Shown piece after piece: positions 46,291 to 53,018 of a stretch of 64,000 nt of DNA (positions are counted from its first letter, which is position 1; each line of letters begins with the position of its first letter). Source of the DNA: a virus. The translations under genes and the position numbers were made by a program. The notes beneath the pieces were generated by a model. The model was not told the DNA's origin. It made no database searches and saw only the letters and a list, made by a program, of their open reading frames with translations. Location: positions 215 to 64,214 of IMG/VR virus record IMGVR_UViG_3300020202_000079; one strand, given 5' to 3'.

Positions 46291-46569
46291 TCAGTGCAGC
46301 GCCATGCAGCGCATGAACACCTCGCAGCACCTCATGCCGAAATAGGCGAAGGTCGCGCGGATGGTGAACCAGATCAGCGTCGGGCCGCTGACCAGGCGCA
46401 CCTTGACCACGGTCTCGACCGTCACGTGATCGTAGGTCGAGACCTGCCTGGCGCAGAAGGTGTAGCGAATGTTGCCGTCGCCGGCGTCCTCGATCCCTCC
46501 AAGCTCCGAAACGTAGATATCCTCGACGATGACAGGCTCGTGGAGTGCATGCGGCTGCAGCTGCATCAT
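46291..46569 (-). CDS. Antisense small protein in cro-cII interval
   Basis: GAGGGGG SD; EPVIVEDIYVSELGGIE...RYTF. Confidence 0.7.
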   Translation of the reverse strand: MMQLQPHALHEPVIVEDIYVSELGGIEDAGDGNIRYTFCARQVSTYDHVTVETVVKVRLVSGPTLIWFTIRATFAYFGMRCCEVFMRCMALH

Positions 46570-46671
46570 GGTTGCCCCCTCTTTTGCAAGAAGAGTAGCC
46601 GACAAGATTTGGCGCGTCCTGTTGTCCTTCGGTGGCGCACCCGCGTTCATCACAGCTGCTCATTGCCAGCC

Positions 46672-46687
46672 TTAACGATACGTCAAT
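46672..46687. promoter_or_regulatory. CtrA-like box TTAA-CGATACG-TCAAT
   Basis: TTAA-N7-TCAA in an AT-richer gap; the minus strand gives a TTGACG -35-like hexamer. Confidence 0.5.
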
Positions 46688-46722
46688 CAAATCTTCCGAA
46701 GTCCATGGCTGGGCGACGCGCA

Positions 46723-46956
46723 TCAATGGCCACCCCGCGCCAGGCTGCGGCGCAGGTCGCGCACCAAATCGTGCGCGACCTCGGGCGGCAGCACCATTCT
46801 CGCCACGATGCGGCGCTCGCGCATGGGGCGGGAGACGTCCTCCCAGCCGGTGACCCGCACGCAATGGTCGGTCGTCTCGACCTCGACGCCGGCGCAAAAG
46901 GCGCTGGCAACGACGACCGGCTCGGTCAGCGGCGCCTTGTCGTCAAAGCTGGCCAT
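46723..46956 (-). CDS. Antisense small protein, possible paralog of 46291-46569
   Basis: LTEPVVVASAFCAGVEVE...RVTGW...VARMVLP. Confidence 0.6.
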   Translation of the reverse strand: MASFDDKAPLTEPVVVASAFCAGVEVETTDHCVRVTGWEDVSRPMRERRIVARMVLPPEVAHDLVRDLRRSLARGGH

Positions 46957-46988
46957 GGCCACCGTTCCTGCGCGTCCGGAGTGCCGGC

Positions 46989-47186
46989 ATGAGCGCCCCC
47001 GTCGAGATCAGCGTCGAGCTGCCGGGGGCGGTGTTTGTGGCGCTGCGCCTGGTCGAGGTGGCGACCGATCTGCCGCGCGGCGAGATCGTGGCGCGCGCGA
47101 TCAGCCGGTATGCGGCCGAGCAGGGACTGCCGGCGCTGGCGCGTGACATGGACGAGTTCGAGAAGGATCTGGAGGTGCGGCTGTGA
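46989..47186 (+). CDS. Ribbon-helix-helix-like protein
   Basis: EISVELP beta strand then two helices (RGEIVARAISRY). Confidence 0.55.
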   Translation: MSAPVEISVELPGAVFVALRLVEVATDLPRGEIVARAISRYAAEQGLPALARDMDEFEKDLEVRL

Positions 47187-47398
47187 CCACCCCCATCAAT
47201 TCCCGCGCCGGCATCCTCCCCGGAGACCGCGCGGTGGTGCAGCCTGGAGCAAGCCTTGGGAGGCTCGGCAGCGCCGAGGCCGGTGATCCCCCCTCGCCGG
47301 CCGCCATCTTTAGCGATGCAGGCGAGCTGCTCGACCTGCCCGAATTCGCGCGGGCCAATGTCTCGCGCTTTGCGCCACACCTTGAACGTTGCGGATGA
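47183..47398 (+). CDS. Small hypothetical protein
   Basis: GTGA-coupled. Confidence 0.4.
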   Translation: MTTPINSRAGILPGDRAVVQPGASLGRLGSAEAGDPPSPAAIFSDAGELLDLPEFARANVSRFAPHLERCG

Positions 47399-47603
47399 TG
47401 ATGAACGAAGCACCGAAACTCCCTCCGTAGCGCCACCGATGTCGGCCTGGCCGACACGCGCTTTTTGAAACGACCGAGGCCTTCCCCGCCACGGGGAACG
47501 ACACGGGGTTTCCCCGTGCCGGGGAGGTTTTGCGTTCGCGCCGCGTAGCAGCCGAGTCATCCCGCCAATTTTTTCCAGCTCGCCTCGGGGAGGGGCGACG
47601 CCC

Positions 47604-48110
47604 ATGGTTCCGAACGCAAACGCGCGGCATTTCCTCATCAAGGCCAAGCAGCGCGACCTGATCACCGCCGCCGGCGGGCAGGTGCGCGCGGCCGAAATCT
47701 GCGGCTACGGCAAGTCGACCGTGGGGCGCTGGGCCGATCCCGGCAGCCCCGAATGGATGCCGCTCGACGCGCTGTTCAAGCTCGAGGAGGACACCGGCCG
47801 GCACGACCTCTCGGAAGCGATCGCCGCCTGCCGGGGAAAACGCTTCTCCGATGAGCCCGGGACAGCTGCCGCCAACGGCTCGGCCATGTCGGCGCACGCC
47901 GCAGCGGTGGTGCAGATGGGCGAGCTGATGACCACCGGCGCTCTCGCCTTCGCCGACGGCAAGCTTACGCCGGCGGAAGCGACGCAGATCGACCGGGCGC
48001 TCTCCAAGCTGGAAGAGGCGGTCGAGGAGTATCGCAAGGTGATGGCGGGCGCGCGCGGCGCCGGCGGCCTCGACCTGGTCGGCAAAGCCGACCGTGACGA
48101 GGAGCGCTGA
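47604..48110 (+). CDS. CII-like phage regulatory protein
   Basis: AAGGQVRAAEICGYGKSTVGRW..P...MP.D....LE; DGKLTPAE C-terminus. Confidence 0.75.
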   Translation: MVPNANARHFLIKAKQRDLITAAGGQVRAAEICGYGKSTVGRWADPGSPEWMPLDALFKLEEDTGRHDLSEAIAACRGKRFSDEPGTAAANGSAMSAHAAAVVQMGELMTTGALAFADGKLTPAEATQIDRALSKLEEAVEEYRKVMAGARGAGGLDLVGKADRDEER

Positions 48111-48112
48111 CG

Positions 48113-48478
48113 ATGCTGCTGCGCTATTTCCTGATGGGCGTTCTGATAGCCGCCTTCTACCTTGCGCTCTGCGTGGCCGCCTGGCTCGGCGCGTTCGACG
48201 GCGAAGCGCGGGCGCACGATGCGCTGCCCACGGCCTCGGCGCCGCTTGGCTGGTCTTATCCGTTCTCCTGCTGCTCCGGCTACGACTGCCGGCAGGTGCC
48301 CCCGGCCGACGTGTTCGAAGGGCCGGACGGCTACCGCATCGTCGGTACCGGCGAGGTGCTGGCCTACTCGGACAGCCGCATCAAGGATTCGCCCGACGGC
48401 GAATTCCACTGGTGCTCGGTCGCCGGGAAATCTGACGGCAAGACCATCTGCCTCTTCGTGCCGCCGAGGGGGTTTTGA
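48113..48478 (+). CDS. Exported Cys-rich protein
   Basis: Signal-like N-terminus; GWSYPFSCCSGYDC, HWC, CLFVPP. Confidence 0.7.
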   Translation: MLLRYFLMGVLIAAFYLALCVAAWLGAFDGEARAHDALPTASAPLGWSYPFSCCSGYDCRQVPPADVFEGPDGYRIVGTGEVLAYSDSRIKDSPDGEFHWCSVAGKSDGKTICLFVPPRGF

Positions 48479-48693
48479 TGCCGCGCTGGGAAAATCCCGA
48501 CTGGAGCGCCGACGAAATCGAAGTGCTGAAGCTCGGCTGGTTGGAGCTCGGCAAAAGTGCCGAGCAATGCAGCCGGCTGCTCAAGCGGCGGCTCGGTGTA
48601 ACGCGTTCGCGCGCCGCAATCTGCGGCTTTGTCGATCGCAACCGTGACGTTTTCGGCAGCCGCGTGCCGGCCTCGAAAGTCGAGGCAGCCTGA
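48478..48693 (+). CDS. GcrA-like N-terminal HTH only
   Basis: W...EIEVLK..WL..GKSA.Q.....GVTRSRAAICG..R matches the GcrA N-domain pattern. Confidence 0.7.
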   Translation: MPRWENPDWSADEIEVLKLGWLELGKSAEQCSRLLKRRLGVTRSRAAICGFVDRNRDVFGSRVPASKVEAA

Positions 48694-49511
48694 TGCGCGC
48701 GATCGCACCCTTGCGCCTGCCGGACGTAACCCCTGCCATCATCAAGGGCGCGCCGCCGGTGGCGAAGCTGGTCGAGCCCGGCTCGCTCTATGTCGACGAG
48801 AGCTACCAGCGCGCGCTCTCGGAGCGATCGGTGAAGCTGATCCGCAAGATCGTGGCGGAATGGGACTGGCATGCGTTCAAGCCGCCGATCGTGGTCGAGG
48901 TCGAAGGCCGTTTCGAGGTGATCGACGGGCAGCACACCGCGATCGCCGCGGTGACGCATGGCGGAATCGACCAGCTGCCGGTGCTGATCGTCGACGCCGA
49001 GACGGTGGGGTCGAAGGCTTCGGCCTTCGTGCGGCACAATCGCGACCGCATCCAGGTCACGCCGGTGCAGCTGCATACGGCCATGGTCGCGGCCGGCGAC
49101 GAGGATGCCCAGACCGTGGCGCAGGTGTGCGAGCGCGCCGGGGTGAAGATCCTGCGCAGCCCGCCGGCGCTCGGCCGCTACGCCACCGGCGACACGATGG
49201 CGATCACGACCGTCCGCGCCCTGGTGAACCGGCGCTACGCCGCCGGTGCCAGGCGGGTGCTGGAAACTTGCGTGAAAGCCGGCTGCGCGCCGGTCTCGGC
49301 CGCGATGATCAAGGCCGTCGAGCACCTGCTGTTCGCGCCCGAATATGCGGGCGAGCTCAACGAGGCGCGGGTCGCGCTCGTCGTCTCCGCCAACATGTCG
49401 ACCATCGAGAAGGAGGCTGAACGCTTCGCGGCAGAGCGCAAGGTGCCGCTTTGGCGGGCGCTGGCCAGCGTCATCTACATGAACCGGCGGAAGGCCAAGA
49501 ATGCAGCCTGA
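48693..49511 (+). CDS. ParB-N-like (DUF6551-type) protein
   Basis: LYVDESYQRAL, VIDGQHT.IA, AFVRHNRDR. Confidence 0.75.
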   Translation: MRAIAPLRLPDVTPAIIKGAPPVAKLVEPGSLYVDESYQRALSERSVKLIRKIVAEWDWHAFKPPIVVEVEGRFEVIDGQHTAIAAVTHGGIDQLPVLIVDAETVGSKASAFVRHNRDRIQVTPVQLHTAMVAAGDEDAQTVAQVCERAGVKILRSPPALGRYATGDTMAITTVRALVNRRYAAGARRVLETCVKAGCAPVSAAMIKAVEHLLFAPEYAGELNEARVALVVSANMSTIEKEAERFAAERKVPLWRALASVIYMNRRKAKNAA

Positions 49512-49860
49512 CGTCATCCAGCAGATGCGCGAGGAGATCGACCGGCTGCGGGAGCGCATCCGCGTGCTCGAGGCGGCGCTGGCGCCGGCGCTCGACATCC
49601 CGATCGAATACGGGCTGACCGCCACGGAGGGCCGGCTGTTCGCGCATCTCAGCGCCAGGCCGCAGGTGACAAAGCGCGGGCTTTACCTCGCCGCCTACGG
49701 TGACTGGACCGACGAGACGCCCGACGAGGCGGTGATCGAATCGCATGTGTGCAGGTTGCGACGAAAGCTGCTGCCGTTCGGTTTCCGGATCATCGGCGAG
49801 CGCTTCGCCGGCTACCGCCTCATCCAGCCCGGCGACAGGGGGGGGCGACATGCAGCCTGA
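49501..49860 (+). CDS. Coiled coil plus OmpR/CtrA-type winged HTH, copy 1
   Basis: LTATEGRLF, VIESHVCRLRRKL, AGYRL; no receiver domain. Confidence 0.8.
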   Translation: MQPDVIQQMREEIDRLRERIRVLEAALAPALDIPIEYGLTATEGRLFAHLSARPQVTKRGLYLAAYGDWTDETPDEAVIESHVCRLRRKLLPFGFRIIGERFAGYRLIQPGDRGGRHAA

Positions 49861-50209
49861 CCTCGTCCAGCGGCAGAACAACGAGATCGCCATGCTGCGC
49901 GAGCGCGTGAGGCAGCTCGAGGAGGCGCTTGCGCCGGCCGCGGTCACGGTGCCGCTGGAATGGGCGCTGACCGCGGCCGAGGCGCGCGTCTTCGCACATC
50001 TCACCACGCGCGAGATCGCCAGCAAGCAGTCGATCATGGCGGCCCTCTACAGCCTGCGGCCGGATCTGGACGAGCCGGAGATCAAGATCGTCGACGTCTT
50101 CATCTGCAAGATGCGCAAGAAGATTGCGCCGTTCGGGGTGAAGATCGTCACCGTTTGGGGCCAAGGCTACGCGCTCGTCGGCCGTGAAGACTATGCGAGG
50201 GCGGCATGA
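49850..50209 (+). CDS. Coiled coil plus CtrA-like winged HTH, copy 2
   Basis: DEPEIKIVDVFICKMRKK and TVWGQGY closely match the CtrA C-terminal domain. Confidence 0.88.
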   Translation: MQPDLVQRQNNEIAMLRERVRQLEEALAPAAVTVPLEWALTAAEARVFAHLTTREIASKQSIMAALYSLRPDLDEPEIKIVDVFICKMRKKIAPFGVKIVTVWGQGYALVGREDYARAA

Positions 50210-51065
50210 CTCCCCGCCTGATTCACGGCCTCGCCGAGGAACATTGGCCGGCAAGGTGGCCGAGCGAAGCGTTGACATGATCTACGCCGATCCGCCGTTC
50301 GGAAACGAGCAGGTTTGGAGCGGCCGGTCCGGTTCGTTCGACGATCGCTGGAGCGATCGCGCCCCCTCGCAGGCCTCATGGGAAAGGTTGCGCGCTCATA
50401 ACGTGGCCGGTGCTGCCGTGCTCGAAGTCGCGACGGCTAGCGCTGCTGCGCGCTCCTATCTCGGGGCCATGGCCGATATCCTGGTCGCCAGTCACCGCTG
50501 CCTGAAACCGACGGGAACGTTCTGGCTGCATTTCGACGACACGATGGGGGCGCATCTCCGACTGCTTTGCGACGTGGTCTTCGGGCCGCAACTGGCAATC
50601 GGGACGCTGTTCTGGAAGCGCACCCTCGGCGGCCACGCCAACGCGAAATCATTCGGGCGCGTGCATGACACCATCGCATGCTACGGACGCACCGAGGCCG
50701 CGCGCTGGCGGTTGTGGCGCATCGGCACCCTGGGTGGCGATCCCTTCGGAAGCGGCTTTAACCGGTTCCATGACTTTGCCGATGCGGCCCCACTCAACAC
50801 TGGCAGCAATGAGCGTGTGGGCTATCCAACGCAGAAGCCCGTCGATCTGCTCGTGGAGATCATAAGGGCTGCGACGCGCCCGGGGGACCTGGTTGTCGAT
50901 CCGACATGCGGCAGCGGGACCACGCTGGTTGCGGCTATGAAAACAGGCCGCCGAGCCATCGGTATCGATCAATCTGCTGATGCAATTGCAGCGGCCCGTA
51001 AGCGGATAAGCGGCCCGTCTACGAGCCAAGGTTCGCTCTTCGATTTCGCCGAGGTGGCGGCATGA
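50206..51065 (+). CDS. Beta-class N6A/N4C DNA methyltransferase, probable single-base deletion near 50240
   Basis: DMIYADPPF, YPTQKP, VVDPTCGSGTT; the ATGA-coupled start 50206 (MTPRLIHG) is out of frame with the body. Confidence 0.8.
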
Positions 51066-52315
51066 CGATCGACCTGCCGCCGCCCGACCAGATCAAGGCG
51101 CATCCGCTGGCCGAGCTGTTTCCGATGCTGCCGGAGCAGGAGATCGCCGAGCTCGCGGACGACATCGTGACCTATGGCCAGCGCATGCCGATCGTCATCT
51201 TCGAGAACCAGGTGCTCGACGGGCGCAACCGGCTTGCCGCCTGCCTGTTTGCGCAGGTCGAGCCGAGCTTCGTCGTCTACGATGGCGACGATCCGCTCGG
51301 CTTCGTGCTGTCGCACAATCTGCACCGGCGGCACCTTTCGCCCAGCCAGCGCGCCATGGTGGCGGCCTCCATCGTCGACTGGGAGGTCGGGCTCAACCAG
51401 CATTCGGCAGGGTCTGCAAATTTGCAGACCCACAAGGCGGCCGAGCGGCTGTCGATCAGCGAGCGGGCGGTGGCTGCGGCCAAGCGCATCCGCGAGCACG
51501 GCTCGGCCGAGCTGGTGCAGGCGATCCGCGACGGTCGCGTCTCCGTGCATGCCGGCGAGGCGCTGTCCGACCTGGCGCACGAGGCGCAGCGTGCCGCGCT
51601 CGCCGAGGAAGAGCGCGAGATCATCCGGCGGGCGAAGGAAATCCGGGCGGCCAGGCAGCAGCTGCGCCACGCCGAGCGGCTGGCCAACATGGAGCGGATC
51701 GCCTCGGCCGGGGCATCGCGCGCGCCGCAAAAGCTCGACCGGCTCTATGGCGTCTACTACGCCGACCCGCCCTGGAAATTCGACGTGCGCTCGGAAGAGA
51801 CCGGGCGCGAGAAGAGCGCCGAGAACCACTATCCGACGATGACGACGGAGGAGATCGCGGCGCTGCTGGCCGAACTGATCGGCGGCGACACGCCGGCGGT
51901 GTTCTTCCTCTGGGCCACCAACCCGATGCTGCCCGACGCGCTCGACGTGCTTGAGGCCTGCGGCTTCACCTATGTGCATCACTGGATCTGGGACAAGGAA
52001 GTGGCCGGCACCGGCTATTGGGGCCGCGACCGGCATGAGCTGCTCCTGATCGGCCGTCGCGGCGACATCGCCTCGCCGCTGCCCGGCACGCAGCCGGAGA
52101 CGGTGTTCCGGGTGAAGAAGGGCAGGCACTCGGCCAAGCCGGATGTGTTCGCCGAAACGATCGAAAAGCTGTTTCCGGGCGTGTCGCGGCTGGAGCTTTT
52201 CGCGCGGCGTGCGCGGCCGGGCTGGGATGCGTGGGGTTACGAGGCCGACGAGGCGGGCGGCGAGGCGGACCAGCCGGAAACGGCAACGCCGCCCGCCGAG
52301 GCGGTGCCGGCATGA
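51062..52315 (+). CDS. ParB-like N-domain fused to MT-A70 methyltransferase
   Basis: HPLAELFP, LDGRNR, NLHRRHL; YADPPW, LWATNP, HSAKP, LELFAR. Confidence 0.88.
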   Translation: MTIDLPPPDQIKAHPLAELFPMLPEQEIAELADDIVTYGQRMPIVIFENQVLDGRNRLAACLFAQVEPSFVVYDGDDPLGFVLSHNLHRRHLSPSQRAMVAASIVDWEVGLNQHSAGSANLQTHKAAERLSISERAVAAAKRIREHGSAELVQAIRDGRVSVHAGEALSDLAHEAQRAALAEEEREIIRRAKEIRAARQQLRHAERLANMERIASAGASRAPQKLDRLYGVYYADPPWKFDVRSEETGREKSAENHYPTMTTEEIAALLAELIGGDTPAVFFLWATNPMLPDALDVLEACGFTYVHHWIWDKEVAGTGYWGRDRHELLLIGRRGDIASPLPGTQPETVFRVKKGRHSAKPDVFAETIEKLFPGVSRLELFARRARPGWDAWGYEADEAGGEADQPETATPPAEAVPA

Positions 52316-52320
52316 ACGTG

Positions 52321-52974
52321 TCAGATCGTCAGATGTTCTGGATTCTCGGCTATGAGCTCAACGCGTTCATGCCGCGCTCCGATGATCTTGAGTTTGACGC
52401 GAGCACCAACCGGGACGTTGAGCGTCCCTTCTATCGGACCATCTTTTTTTGCGAACATCTGGATCGAGACCCGCACACGGGGCGGTGGTTTGGTCCGGTC
52501 AAGCCATCCCGGAATAGTGAAATGGACGCCTTCCGTTTCCGGATTCACGGTTTGGAGCACCTGGAGCATTGGGTCTTGGAACTCGATGCTGCCAAAGACG
52601 GTCTGACCCTCGGCTGTAATGTCCTCGACTTCGATCGACCGGCGGTTCCAATTCGTGATGACCACATCCACCACCGAAAAACCTTCGTCGCTCTCCTCCA
52701 GCTCGACCGTCGGCAGGGCATCTCCGACGACGAATGCCGTCTGGCGGCGGGCCTCGCGCATTTGGCCGGCAAGGAAGGTGATGGTAGCGCCGGCGGCAAT
52801 GGCCGCGGCCCAACCGCTGAGTGCTCCGATCCATTCGCGCAGGCAATCCGCCTCGCCAGCGACGCACCAGTCGGCGCGCACAATGGCGAAATCGGAAATG
52901 GCGAGAAAGGCAAAACCGCCCAATGCGGCGCCTCCGAGAAGAACGATGAAGTCGCCGGTGCCCATGTCGCGCAT
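52321..52974 (-). CDS. Antisense membrane protein (moron)
   Basis: Two TM segments, CLREWIGALSGWAAA; atypical codon usage; start may be 52965. Confidence 0.65.
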   Translation of the reverse strand: MRDMGTGDFIVLLGGAALGGFAFLAISDFAIVRADWCVAGEADCLREWIGALSGWAAAIAAGATITFLAGQMREARRQTAFVVGDALPTVELEESDEGFSVVDVVITNWNRRSIEVEDITAEGQTVFGSIEFQDPMLQVLQTVNPETEGVHFTIPGWLDRTKPPPRVRVSIQMFAKKDGPIEGTLNVPVGARVKLKIIGARHERVELIAENPEHLTI

Positions 52975-53018
52975 GCGGCGCTGAATAGCACAGCCGGCGT
53001 TTGCTTCGCGAGGGCCGC

